A stretch of 64,000 nt of DNA from Nitrosopumilus sp. GTDB lineage: Archaea; Thermoproteota; Nitrososphaeria; Nitrososphaerales; Nitrosopumilaceae. Where the stretch lies: positions 640,001-704,000 of the forward strand of contig OZ242220.1 of assembly GCA_965206745.1 (NCBI GenBank). Direction: 5' to 3'. Below the pieces are notes generated by a model that searched no databases, had not been told where the DNA came from, and saw only the letters and a list, made by a program, of their open reading frames with translations. Made by a program: the position numbers and the translations under genes. Below are positions 27,942-38,319 of this stretch, piece after piece; positions within the stretch are counted from its first letter, which is position 1, and every line of letters begins with the position of its first letter.

Positions 27942-30900
27942 ATGTCTGATAATTTAACTGATGGACTTTACGCAAAATTAAATGATTACAAGGACAAGCT
28001 GCTCCGATTAGGCAAATCAAATCGCTGTATCTGCCTTAGCAGAATATACAACAAGCATAACTTTGATTTGTCACGATTATTGGAAAACCATTCAAAAAAT
28101 ATTGATGACTTGATTGAGCAATCATTTAAACGAAAAAAATCTGTTTGTATTTTACCTGATTCTGATTCTTCAGAGGAAGCCGATGTTATGAGAAGGCATC
28201 TGAAAGATTTAGCAAGGAATACCAAGCAGCTCGAAGATGAAACTGGTTCCCAATACTGTTATTTTGGATTCCCTTTTTTAGAAGGACATATTGATCAAGA
28301 ACATTACCTACGTGGTCCCCTGGTCTTGTTTCCGATTTCAATCTATTCTGGAAGAGAAAGAAACACCGGTGGCTGGTTTGTAAAATTTACTGATGCCTCC
28401 CCCATTTTTAATCACACACTCTTTGCAGCCCTTAAAAAAATAGGCGGGTATCAAATAGATGATGATCTTGAATCTGATTTTGAGGACATGCTGTCTTCAT
28501 TTGTGTCTGTAAACAATCAAGACACCCAAAATGATTTTATCCAAAATCTATCCAAATTTCTAGTTGCCAATGGACTCCCATTGAATTCCCAAAATGCAGG
28601 AACTCTAAATGACAAATCAAATTCCACATTGCCGTTGAAAAATATCACCAAGGATGAGATTGACGCACTAGAGGCGAGGCCTCTGGGAATTTCTAACTAT
28701 AAAATAATCGGCAGTTTTCCACAAGGAGAGAGTGCAATTTATCATGACTATGAAAATCTAATTTCAAAGATTCAAGATGGCGACAAAAATGATTTCATTG
28801 CAGATCTCTTGGGTGAGGCTGGTTCCCCTGTGGACTTTGCAGAGGATGTCGATGATGAAAATATTGAGAATCTTGACAAAGTTCGTGACATGGATTTGAA
28901 TTTGATTTTACCTAGTGATTCCTCACAGGATCGAGTGGTTTTATCTTCCCAAAACCAAAAAATCACCCTTGTAAGAGGACCTCCAGGCACAGGAAAATCC
29001 CAAGTTATAGTTAATGTAATCTCAAATGCACTCTCCAAGGGACAGACAGTTCTCGTTGTATGTCAAAAAAGAGCGGCATTGGAGGTTGTTCACCAGAGAC
29101 TTGGTGAGAAGGGCCTTGATAGATATGCCGTTTTGTTAAACAAAGAGAAAGAAGACCGTGCACACATGTACAGTCAATTAAAACAGATTCTGGAATCCCC
29201 AAATCCTATCGATGATGATAAAAAAGAGATTCTTGAAACCATATCAAACGAGATTGATGACTTGATAAAAAAACACTCTGAAATTTCTTTTGCCTTGTCT
29301 AAAAAGTATTTTGGCGGAATCACGATTCGTGATCTTTACACGAAGGCTCTTTCAGACTATTCTAAAAAACTGGATCTGGGTGGAATTGGAATTCAGTATC
29401 CTGAATTAGATAATTTCCTTTTTATTCTATCACAAGTTGAAGAAAATTACAAAGAATTTGAAAGAGATGATTATTCATGGAAAAATCGCAAAAATTTCCC
29501 TGAATTAAACTCATCTGATAAAAACAAGATCAAAGACATTCTCGAAGACATTTTATCAAAATCTAAAAACTGCATTATTCTTTCTGACAAACAGGACCAG
29601 AATACCTTGATCGATCTTGCCACTGCATTCTCTGAATCAAATTCAACAATTACTGAGTTGAATCAAAAAATTAATCTGCATACCGAATCTATACAAAAAC
29701 TCTCTGCTGCTCATAATGTCTCTGTTCCTCTTACAAATCTAGATGACTTGATCAAATGTGTTGATGCAGGATTGCTTCTTTGGAATAAATTCCAAAATTA
29801 TGATCAAATTATACAGGTTAAAGAAAATCATCTTGTTGAGGATTCTAAAGATCAACATGTGGATTTACTTGGAACCTTTTCAAATTCTCAAGTAAAGCAA
29901 TCTTTTTGGAAAAAACTTACCGATTCAGAAACAAAACGCAAGGCAAAACTGCAAAAAGATTTTCTGCAAAGACCTGAAAACATGGGTAAAAATCCTGATG
30001 ATCTCAAAAATATGCTGCAAAATGGGCTTGATCTGTGGAATTTGGTCACAAATCACGCTCAAAAACCACATATCTTTGAAAAATCATTTGTCCTCCCAAA
30101 CGACTCTGATCAGAGTCGTTTGCTGCACGCTCTCCAAAATCTAAATGCTGATTCCCTATCATTAAAAGAAAACTCTGATAAATTACAATCTACCCTTGAA
30201 TCATTAAGGGCAATATTTGAGAAAAATGATCTATCTTTTGACAAATCATCTCCGCTTCTTACTCCGGTTCAAAATGGGGGCGACATTATTGATCAAATTG
30301 ACTCATTTTCAAATTTTGTAAATAACGATGAAATTAAAATCATTCGTGAAAAATTATCAAATACTGACGAGTTATCATCTCATATTCAGAACTTGCTTGA
30401 TCATCTAAATGATTTTGACAGATTACAGTCACATGACATTAGAAAATCTGATTTGAATTCAATGCAACAAAATGTCTTGAATCAGTGTGTCGCAAAAATT
30501 GGACTGGAAGAAAATTGGAAGGAACTCGTCAAACAGGAAATATATCATTACTGGATTGAAGAAATAGAAAAAGATCGACCAATTCTAAAAGCTGGACATT
30601 TTGATGATTACAAGCAAAATCAAATCAGACTGTCTGAGTTGCTAGAAAAAAAATTCGATCTGCTTGTGAGAAAAATAATCAACTCTATTGAAGCAAGTGC
30701 TGACTTTCGTCCTGGAATGGGCAACAAAAGAACTCAAAGAGAGGCAGACTACAATGCCTTAAACCATGAATTAAGTAAAAAAAGAAAAGTCAAATCAGTC
30801 AGAAAACTCTTGGAAGAATATGAGCATATTTTATTTGATATTGCGCCATGTTGGCTTGCATCCCCTGAAATGATCTCAAATATCTTTCCATTAGAGCAAA

Positions 30901-32219
30901 ATCTGTTTGATCTAGTAATTGTTGATGAAGCAAGCCAACTTGCAGCAGAAAGGGCATTGCCATTTCTCTACAGAGGTGAGAGGATTGTTATTGCAGGTGA
31001 TGAAAAACAGCTAAAACCTCACGATTTATTCCAAATCAAGGAAGAAGACAGTGAAGATGAGGAAGACGACACAGTCAATATTGAAAGTCTGCTCCTTTTG
31101 GCAAAGAGACGCCACCATTCAACAACGCTGAGGTGGCACTATCGGTCACAATGGCAACAACTAATTGATTTTTCAAATCATGCGTTTTATAATGGCGTTC
31201 TGCAGGTTTCCCCTAACGTTGATCTAAAGACATCCGAGCCCCCGATTCAATGGATAGACTGTCCTGAGGGATTGTGGGAAAACAGATCAAATGTCGCAGA
31301 AGCTGCCAAAGTCGTTGATACTCTGTATGGTATTTTGCAAGATTTCCAAGGCCGTAAAATTCCAACCATCGGTATCATCACATTCAATGATCAGCAAAGA
31401 AATGTCATTATGGATGAAATCGAAAATAGACAGAAAAAGGATCCTGCTTTTGATGAATTATACAAGAAAATTGAAACCCCTGCTAGTGGAAAAAAAGACC
31501 ATGAGATTTTTGTAAGAAATATTGAAAATGTCCAAGGTGATGAACGAGACATCATAATTTTCTCAGTGGGTTATGCAAAAGATCCTGAAGGGAAATTCCG
31601 TCTACAGTTTGGTACTTTGAATCAGGATGGGGGTGAAAACAGACTAAATGTCGCAATAACCCGTGCCAGCCAAAAAATAATTGTTGTATGCTCAATTGAT
31701 CCTCGTGATATGAAGGTGGAGGGAACAAAGAATCTCGGACCAAAACGCCTGAAGGACTTTTTAGATTATGCAAATGCTGTCAGTAACAATGATGTTGAAA
31801 AAATAAAGCAAATCTTGGAATCTCTAAGCTCTGCAATGAACAAAACACAGCAACAAACAAAACAATTTGATAGTGAATTTGAAGAATTGGTCCATGATGA
31901 GCTTGAGAAGATAGGCTATGCTGTGGACACTCAGGTGGGACAATCTGGATATAGGATTGATTTGGCAGTGGTTCACCCAAAAGATCCATCAAAATACATT
32001 CTAGGTGTGGAGTGTGATGGTGCAATGTTCCACTCTGGGAAAAGTGTTAGAGAGCGTGATGTTACGAGACAAAAATTCCTCGAGAGGAGGGGTTGGAATA
32101 TTGATAGAATTTGGAGTAGGCACTGGTGGAGAAATCCAGATAGGGAGGTACAAAGAATAAAGGAAAGGATAGACTTGTTGGTGGCCAATCCATCTTTAAA
32201 AGGAGATTGTGACAATTGA
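27942..32219 (+). CDS. DUF4011 + SF1 (Upf1/DNA2-like) helicase + Vsr/REase-like nuclease, 1425 aa
   Basis: KLLRLGKSNR and GPLVLFPI (DUF4011-like), GPPGTGKS, VDEASQ, GDEKQL, HYRS, ENVQGDERD, RLNVAITRA, C-terminal YRIDLAV...VECDG...RGW. Confidence 0.88.
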   Translation: MSDNLTDGLYAKLNDYKDKLLRLGKSNRCICLSRIYNKHNFDLSRLLENHSKNIDDLIEQSFKRKKSVCILPDSDSSEEADVMRRHLKDLARNTKQLEDETGSQYCYFGFPFLEGHIDQEHYLRGPLVLFPISIYSGRERNTGGWFVKFTDASPIFNHTLFAALKKIGGYQIDDDLESDFEDMLSSFVSVNNQDTQNDFIQNLSKFLVANGLPLNSQNAGTLNDKSNSTLPLKNITKDEIDALEARPLGISNYKIIGSFPQGESAIYHDYENLISKIQDGDKNDFIADLLGEAGSPVDFAEDVDDENIENLDKVRDMDLNLILPSDSSQDRVVLSSQNQKITLVRGPPGTGKSQVIVNVISNALSKGQTVLVVCQKRAALEVVHQRLGEKGLDRYAVLLNKEKEDRAHMYSQLKQILESPNPIDDDKKEILETISNEIDDLIKKHSEISFALSKKYFGGITIRDLYTKALSDYSKKLDLGGIGIQYPELDNFLFILSQVEENYKEFERDDYSWKNRKNFPELNSSDKNKIKDILEDILSKSKNCIILSDKQDQNTLIDLATAFSESNSTITELNQKINLHTESIQKLSAAHNVSVPLTNLDDLIKCVDAGLLLWNKFQNYDQIIQVKENHLVEDSKDQHVDLLGTFSNSQVKQSFWKKLTDSETKRKAKLQKDFLQRPENMGKNPDDLKNMLQNGLDLWNLVTNHAQKPHIFEKSFVLPNDSDQSRLLHALQNLNADSLSLKENSDKLQSTLESLRAIFEKNDLSFDKSSPLLTPVQNGGDIIDQIDSFSNFVNNDEIKIIREKLSNTDELSSHIQNLLDHLNDFDRLQSHDIRKSDLNSMQQNVLNQCVAKIGLEENWKELVKQEIYHYWIEEIEKDRPILKAGHFDDYKQNQIRLSELLEKKFDLLVRKIINSIEASADFRPGMGNKRTQREADYNALNHELSKKRKVKSVRKLLEEYEHILFDIAPCWLASPEMISNIFPLEQNLFDLVIVDEASQLAAERALPFLYRGERIVIAGDEKQLKPHDLFQIKEEDSEDEEDDTVNIESLLLLAKRRHHSTTLRWHYRSQWQQLIDFSNHAFYNGVLQVSPNVDLKTSEPPIQWIDCPEGLWENRSNVAEAAKVVDTLYGILQDFQGRKIPTIGIITFNDQQRNVIMDEIENRQKKDPAFDELYKKIETPASGKKDHEIFVRNIENVQGDERDIIIFSVGYAKDPEGKFRLQFGTLNQDGGENRLNVAITRASQKIIVVCSIDPRDMKVEGTKNLGPKRLKDFLDYANAVSNNDVEKIKQILESLSSAMNKTQQQTKQFDSEFEELVHDELEKIGYAVDTQVGQSGYRIDLAVVHPKDPSKYILGVECDGAMFHSGKSVRERDVTRQKFLERRGWNIDRIWSRHWWRNPDREVQRIKERIDLLVANPSLKGDCDN

Positions 32220-32845
32220 GTGCAAAATCAACTGCAGGCTATGCCCTTCTGTTCATCTTTCTTTTCTTTCTGATTCTGGTACATCCTGGTTTCGTACTGT
32301 TATTTTTACTTGCAATAATTATAGTCGTTACATACAAGATAAAACAAAGAATAAAATCAAAACCTGATTCAAGCCGTTCTTATTCTTCAAAAAATCCTCA
32401 AAAAAATTCATTTGCAGATTCAGTCTCTGACACAGATCCTGAAAATCTTTCAGAAGACAATGAGAATATTATCAAGAAAGACAAACCAGACACGTCTCCT
32501 TTTGAGTCTCTGTCACAAGAGTCGCCCTCAACTGGTGAAGATTCGCCAATTTCAAAAAAACCCAAAACAGGTATTGATGCAACGGGATCCCCAAAAACTC
32601 AAAAAAAATCATTTGATGCAAATTATTGGAATTTTAATCCCCATGATACTCTTCAGTCTAAAAAACTGAAATTTCTAAAAGCCATTGATGTTTGCGAAGA
32701 AAATAATCTTGAAAGTAAATCCAGAATGCGTCGACTGAGGATGAAAATAGATAGATGGGATGTTGAAAATGAGCGTGATATTGAGGCCATGATTCCTGAC
32801 TATGAATCTCTTTTAGATTTGATTGAAGAATTTGAGAATCGATGA
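32216..32845 (+). CDS. Hypothetical membrane-anchored protein
   Basis: N-terminal hydrophobic hairpin, S/K/D-rich linker, helical C-terminus; overlaps helicase stop. Confidence 0.65.
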   Translation: MSAKSTAGYALLFIFLFFLILVHPGFVLLFLLAIIIVVTYKIKQRIKSKPDSSRSYSSKNPQKNSFADSVSDTDPENLSEDNENIIKKDKPDTSPFESLSQESPSTGEDSPISKKPKTGIDATGSPKTQKKSFDANYWNFNPHDTLQSKKLKFLKAIDVCEENNLESKSRMRRLRMKIDRWDVENERDIEAMIPDYESLLDLIEEFENR

Positions 32846-32869
32846 TTTCTTTTAAATTTTTGGCACCGC

Positions 32870-35536
32870 TCATGTAGTTGATTTTGTTAATTTATCCTTG
32901 ATGGCCAGATACAATGGTTTTTCATTTTTCTCAGCCAGCAATTCCTGAATGAATTTCTGTGGATCTTTTTTCCATTCTAGAACTTTTCGCAGGTGTTTCT
33001 CAAAGGTAGGATAGACATTTTTTGTCCCTTCGCTGATCTCTTGACCAAATTTGCCTGTATTGATATTGCCTCGCAGTGCTACATATACAACCTCTGTGGC
33101 GATTTGCTCCTCTGGGATTCCTTTCAAGCCTGAAAGCATTTTTTTATACGCTGCAAGCTGTCTTTTGTGCTTTGAATCAGTTTTTTTGTCCGTCTTGTAA
33201 TCCACAATAAGATATCCTGTATCATGTTTGAATACTGCATCAACAAATCCTGTAAACTGGATATTGTCCTCACTATAATCAGTCAGGGAACTGAGTAAAA
33301 CCTTGAGATGTTTCTCAGTTGAATCAATCTTCAGACCTGGATATTTTTCTTTGAGTTCCTTTATTGCATCTAGTCCATTCTGAGCAGCCTTTGCCACATT
33401 GTCTTTATAATTTCCAATCTCTGTCTTGTCTTTTAGTATGTTTGCTAGTGCATCATGGACTTGTGAGCCAAAATTCATTGCAGTAGAATAATGTGGAATA
33501 TTGATAATATTTTTTTCCAAAAATTCGTATGGCTTTGTCGTGATACTAGAATATGAAAAATGATCAACCTTTGCAAAATAATCTTCAATATATTTTTCTA
33601 GCCATCTGTCCTCACCTTTGAGTAACTTCTCTGAATCTGAAAATCTGCCTCCAATAAATAATGAATATGCTTCAGTCAGTCTGTTGTCTAGTTTAGTTGT
33701 AATCAATTCATTTTTTATGTCATCAACTTCCATCTCTGAAAGATCCTCGATGTGATAGTTTTTTGATTCCTTATCTTCTGCAATTACTATCAGTTGTTCT
33801 TTTGCTCTTGTAAATGCAACAAAATCTATTCGTAGTGAATCCTCAGCCATCTCTGATTCAACTTGTATGTCGCTTGAACTAAGAATTGATCTGGTAATGC
33901 TGTCAATAAAACTGGTTTTTCTAGAGTTCTTTGGAATGTAAACCACTATGTCAAAAGATCTTCCTTTTGCTTTGTGAACTGTAGTTAGTGTGATCTTTGA
34001 TTCATTTCTCTGTTCAATGTAGGACTCTTCTCCAATTGAGATAAAATCAAGCAATCCGTCTAATGATGGGGTCTTAAATGTCAGGTATTCGTCGATTTCC
34101 TGTTTTGCTGTCATTGCCGATGAGAACCATTCTGATCCCTTTGCGATGCACATTGGCAAAATAGTGTCTTCAAACCTCTTATCCAGATCCTCTCTTTGCA
34201 GTTTTAATCCCCATGATTTTATTCTGGATAGTTTCTCAGATTCTTTTGCTTTGAATGCATTGGAAAATGCAAATGCCTCTTTGAGTGAGTATGGGGCAAA
34301 TATGGTAAATGCGGCTGAAATTTTATCCTCTATCCCATCAGAGAGTAGTCCTTTGATGTATCCCTGGATCTCATTTTTGGCTTGCTGGGTTGATGCCTGT
34401 GATGATGTGGATGAATATTCTATGCTGTTTGAATCAAGGAATTTTGAAATTTTGATTATCTGACTGTTTGTTCTGGTAATGATTCCAACTGATTTCTCTG
34501 GATTCTCCTCAATTATCTCTAAAATTTTTGAGAGATGGGCACTAGAGATTACTTTTGGAATCTCTCCTGTTTTTTCAGATCGAAATTCTGAGAGTTCATC
34601 CTCAAACATCTCTTTATGCTTAGTTTTATTAAGAAAATATTGTTTTGAATAGTCGAGGATTTGCTGTGAACTGCGTCTGTTAATCGAAAGCATCTTTACT
34701 TTACACGTCTCTGTAAATTTTTGGAAATTTTTAACTGATCCGCCCTGAAAACCAAAGATTGCCTGCTTTGCATCACCTACCAAAAATAGATGCTCTGCAA
34801 CCATTGTTGCAATTTCAACCTCTATCTCATTCATGTCTTGCATTTCATCAACTAGTACATGTTCAAACTTTTTTCCGTGAAACTTTTCTTTGAATATCAA
34901 AAGCATGTCTGAATAATCTACTGCTTCAAGCTTTGATTTCTCATACTCCTTATAGGCCTCAATAAAATATCCTAAAAATGACTTCATCTCCTCAATCGTA
35001 TACGTTGAAGATTCATCAAAGTTCTCTTCCAGTATTGCAGTAGCTTTGCTGATGTTGATTTTCTCGGGAGTTATTCCAAAATTTTTGATATACCTAATGG
35101 CATTCTCTGTTTTTGGGACTATTGTGGAAACAATGTAATCTTTTCCATAGTTTAGTGCCCTGTTTTGCTCAAAGCTGCTGAGAATTGAAAATCGCATTAA
35201 ATTATTTCCAACTATGTCACCTGAAATTATGTTTTCATCAAGAAGATAGTTGTATGCAAAGCTGTGAAATGTGTGTATGTTTATCTTCATGATCTCCAAG
35301 TCGGAGAATTTACCCCTCCCTCTGTCATAGATTGCATCAAACATTTCTTTTTTAGCTTTTTCGGTGAATGTGACACATAGGATGTTTTCAGGGCTTACCC
35401 CCTCTTCAAGTAGTTTGATTACTTTGAATGACAGTGTTGTGGTTTTTCCAGTACCTGGATTGGATACTACAACTGTGTCTTCCTTTGAATCGATGATTTC
35501 CTGCTGCTCTTTTGAAAGTTCCATGGTATGTTTCAT
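32870..35536 (-). CDS. UvrD/PcrA-like SF1 helicase fused to PD-(D/E)xK nuclease
   Basis: NPGTGKTT, VTFTEKA, VDEMQD, VGDAKQAIFGFQG, TVHKAKG, VAFTRAK; C-terminal GFVDAVF...IVDYKT; AGGAG before ATG. Confidence 0.9.
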   Translation of the reverse strand: MKHTMELSKEQQEIIDSKEDTVVVSNPGTGKTTTLSFKVIKLLEEGVSPENILCVTFTEKAKKEMFDAIYDRGRGKFSDLEIMKINIHTFHSFAYNYLLDENIISGDIVGNNLMRFSILSSFEQNRALNYGKDYIVSTIVPKTENAIRYIKNFGITPEKINISKATAILEENFDESSTYTIEEMKSFLGYFIEAYKEYEKSKLEAVDYSDMLLIFKEKFHGKKFEHVLVDEMQDMNEIEVEIATMVAEHLFLVGDAKQAIFGFQGGSVKNFQKFTETCKVKMLSINRRSSQQILDYSKQYFLNKTKHKEMFEDELSEFRSEKTGEIPKVISSAHLSKILEIIEENPEKSVGIITRTNSQIIKISKFLDSNSIEYSSTSSQASTQQAKNEIQGYIKGLLSDGIEDKISAAFTIFAPYSLKEAFAFSNAFKAKESEKLSRIKSWGLKLQREDLDKRFEDTILPMCIAKGSEWFSSAMTAKQEIDEYLTFKTPSLDGLLDFISIGEESYIEQRNESKITLTTVHKAKGRSFDIVVYIPKNSRKTSFIDSITRSILSSSDIQVESEMAEDSLRIDFVAFTRAKEQLIVIAEDKESKNYHIEDLSEMEVDDIKNELITTKLDNRLTEAYSLFIGGRFSDSEKLLKGEDRWLEKYIEDYFAKVDHFSYSSITTKPYEFLEKNIINIPHYSTAMNFGSQVHDALANILKDKTEIGNYKDNVAKAAQNGLDAIKELKEKYPGLKIDSTEKHLKVLLSSLTDYSEDNIQFTGFVDAVFKHDTGYLIVDYKTDKKTDSKHKRQLAAYKKMLSGLKGIPEEQIATEVVYVALRGNINTGKFGQEISEGTKNVYPTFEKHLRKVLEWKKDPQKFIQELLAEKNEKPLYLAIKDKLTKSTT

Positions 35537-35559
35537 TGTCTCCTAAAGTATGGAATGTC

Positions 35560-35646
35560 TTAGTTTCGAGCATAAAAGAGTGGCTCTTCATCGCCTTCAT
35601 CCTCAAACTCTCTGATGATTCTCGGATATATTGTTGGTTTTTGCAT
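35560..35646 (-). CDS. Acidic micro-protein copy 2 (28 aa)
   Basis: MQKPTIYPRIIREFEDEGDEEPLFYARN; first ORF upstream of the helicase-nuclease. Confidence 0.75.
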   Translation of the reverse strand: MQKPTIYPRIIREFEDEGDEEPLFYARN

Positions 35647-35666
35647 GAATCTGATTGAATTCTAAT

Positions 35667-35708
35667 ATTATTATGAAACATGATAATAGTATGCATACTT
35701 TGAATACT
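35667..35708. promoter_or_regulatory. 42-bp promoter/operator element, copy C
   Basis: ATTATTATGAAACATGATAATAGTATGCATACTTTGAATACT; 36/42 identical to copy A. Confidence 0.8.
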
Positions 35709-35886
35709 GTTTGAAATACTCTTTAATCTCAAGATTCATGCAGGAATTTTCTATGAATTTGTTAACTTTGTTGCCTTGTGTGGCCCCTGGTTTTAGGCAT
35801 GATGATTCATTGATCTCTAGTTTAGGCATATGCAGCAAACCGGAAAAAACAATTCGCTAGAGAGTCGGATCTGCATTTTTGATTGT

Positions 35887-38319
35887 TTATCTTTGATTCA
35901 TTTTGGAGATCTTTGAGACTCCGGTCTCCTTTGAAATCTGAAAGATGTTATCCACATACGTCTCTAGTTCTCTCTCGTGTGAAACAAGCACAATCTGTTC
36001 GGATTTTAGTTCATCTAGCAATTCCCGAATCTTTCCTAACTGGTTTTTAGAAAATCCATCGGTGGGTTCATCCAAAATCAGCAAATTGGACTTTATGGAT
36101 TCAGTCTCCTTTCTCATCAGAGAATTCAGAGTCAGTCTGTAGGCTAGTGCGATGCTTGTCTTCTCGCCGCCTGACAGGTATCCTACATCTTGATCGTATT
36201 CGTCTTGTCTTACAATTGGGGTGAAATCCTCATCGATTTGGGATTCCTTGGTGGAGTCTTCGATTAAAATTGAGTACCACCTTGTATATGTCTCGTTGAA
36301 ATCCTGCAAGATTGATAGCAATACCTGCTTTTCAATCTGGGATACTGTTGGAATAAAAAATGTTTCTAGCCATCGCTGGAACTCTGTAAACTTTCTGTGC
36401 CTTGCCTCGTACCTTCTGGACTCTGTGATCTTTGATTCACCTTGTCTTATTTTTTCAGTCTGATTTTTTAGATTCTCCAAAGATGCCGCAATCATGCCGG
36501 AAACCTTTGCCATCTCTTTTCTGAGTGAATCTAGTTCCCTCTCCTTGCTTGATGTGTCCTCATCAGAATCTGCAAAAGAACCAAGCTTTGCCTGTATCTG
36601 CTCTAGTTCCAGATCCATCTCTGAAATCTGGGATGCTAGCAAATCTGCCTCCTCTCTATGCTCGGTAACTGTTTTCTCTATCTTTTGCTTGGTTTTGACT
36701 ATCTGCTTTATCTGGTCTGTCAAACTCTCAAATTGCATGACCCTGTCTTTTAATTCATTCAGATATGTCACTGGATTCTTGTCTTCAAATTCTGGATCTT
36801 GCAGCTTTCTTTCCAGTTCCTTGATTTCTCGGTCTAGTTGGTTCTCCCTTGCAGATTTTGCCTCAAACTCTTCTATTCTTGGAATGATTATTTGAATCTG
36901 TGAGATCTTCTCCGTGTATGACTCTATCTTACTCTGGATTTCTTTGAATTCTTTGTTTGACGCAAAAAATGAATTGGCAGTTGATATCAGTTCATCAGTC
37001 AATGATCTTACTTTTCTTTCTTTATCATCAACTAGACTGTGGTGGTGTTCATCGGTAATCGTCTGCTTGCATGTGGGGCATGCGTTTCCTAGCTTGGAAA
37101 ATTCTGCAATCTCCTCTTCCAGTGATTTTTTGAGTGCCTCGCTCTGAATTTTTTGACTGTTTACCTTCTCTAATCCTTCTTTGATCTCGCTTGCAATCTT
37201 TTCTAGTTCTTCCTTCTCTTGACATAGGCCATTTAATGTACTCTCAAGTGTTTCCTTCTCCGAATCTATTTTTTTACCGAATCTCTCTTTTAATCGTACA
37301 ATATCCTGATGTATGCTGTCCTTCTCAGACTCTGACCTTATTATCTCGTCATTAATCTTTTGGAATCTTTTAATCTCCGCTACGATATCTGGAATGCTTT
37401 TTTTGGTTTCAGGTTTTTTTATTTTTGCTAGTTTCTCTAATTTATGATTGTCTTCTTTTAACTCATTTTTGTAATCTGCAAATTTCTGCTTGATTCTCTC
37501 TATTCGTGCCTTATTTGTGGCAATCTTTTCACTGGTATTCTCTTTCTTTGATTCAAGCTTTATTTTTTCGCTATTCTTTGCTTGTAACTCTTTTAGTTCT
37601 TGCATTTTCTTATTCTCGTCTGCTTGAAGAGTTTTTTGCAGCTCTTGTTTTTGTGAAATCTCAGATTTTAGTTTGGATTTGATTTTTTGGGATTCGCTGA
37701 TCCCAGATTCCAATTCAGAAATGTTGCTGAACTTTCCTTCGAGTATTCCTGCTTTTACTTTGATTTCGTATAATACTTCACGAGCATTTGACTCGACAAT
37801 GCTGTAATCTTCAATTCCAAAGGCCTTGCGAATGGTCTCAAGACGCCTTTTGGGGTTGAAAAGCACATCCTTCATGGCCTCCTGAGGCGTAAATATGGCA
37901 TATCGAAATATCCTGCTTTCAGCCTTTGGGTCTGCTGGCTCGTTGAACTTTAGTATCTGCAAAACTCGCTGTTTTAATTCAGATGGCGATAGCAGTTCTT
38001 TTTGACCGCCGATCTTTATCCATGAGTTTTTTGAATCCTGACTGACTGTAGAGCCTTTTCTTAGCAATATTCGCTTGATCTCGTATCTCTCCCCATCTGT
38101 TGAAAAATCCAAAATCACATGACCCATATCTGATTTTTTTGCCAATAGTGCATCTGCCTTTTGAGATCCTAGGCCAAACAATGCAAACTCTATTGCCATG
38201 AGTACAGTTGATTTGCCGCTTCCGATGTCGCCCTCAAACAGAGTGATCCCTCTGGGAAATTCCACTTCTTCGTGTTGATAGCTTCTGATGTTCTCAATAA
38301 TTATTGAATTAAGAATCAT
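35887..38319 (-). CDS. rad50: Rad50 ATPase
   Basis: IENIRSY, GDIGSGKST, coiled coil with CPTC zinc hook, LSGGEK, LILDEPT, VSH; start at MILNSII. Confidence 0.92.
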   Translation of the reverse strand: MILNSIIIENIRSYQHEEVEFPRGITLFEGDIGSGKSTVLMAIEFALFGLGSQKADALLAKKSDMGHVILDFSTDGERYEIKRILLRKGSTVSQDSKNSWIKIGGQKELLSPSELKQRVLQILKFNEPADPKAESRIFRYAIFTPQEAMKDVLFNPKRRLETIRKAFGIEDYSIVESNAREVLYEIKVKAGILEGKFSNISELESGISESQKIKSKLKSEISQKQELQKTLQADENKKMQELKELQAKNSEKIKLESKKENTSEKIATNKARIERIKQKFADYKNELKEDNHKLEKLAKIKKPETKKSIPDIVAEIKRFQKINDEIIRSESEKDSIHQDIVRLKERFGKKIDSEKETLESTLNGLCQEKEELEKIASEIKEGLEKVNSQKIQSEALKKSLEEEIAEFSKLGNACPTCKQTITDEHHHSLVDDKERKVRSLTDELISTANSFFASNKEFKEIQSKIESYTEKISQIQIIIPRIEEFEAKSARENQLDREIKELERKLQDPEFEDKNPVTYLNELKDRVMQFESLTDQIKQIVKTKQKIEKTVTEHREEADLLASQISEMDLELEQIQAKLGSFADSDEDTSSKERELDSLRKEMAKVSGMIAASLENLKNQTEKIRQGESKITESRRYEARHRKFTEFQRWLETFFIPTVSQIEKQVLLSILQDFNETYTRWYSILIEDSTKESQIDEDFTPIVRQDEYDQDVGYLSGGEKTSIALAYRLTLNSLMRKETESIKSNLLILDEPTDGFSKNQLGKIRELLDELKSEQIVLVSHERELETYVDNIFQISKETGVSKISKMNQR

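Noticed and set aside
25609-35708. 42-bp copies A and C as attL/attR or target-site duplication of an integrated element
   Set aside because: Six mismatches, a third inverted internal copy, fixed spacing to start codons, and no integrase or tRNA nearby; operator/promoter fits better, though an old duplication is not excluded
35406-35732. 108-aa minus-strand ORF
   Set aside because: Runs through the operator and out of frame across the helicase start; the 28-aa ORF in another frame has paralogue support
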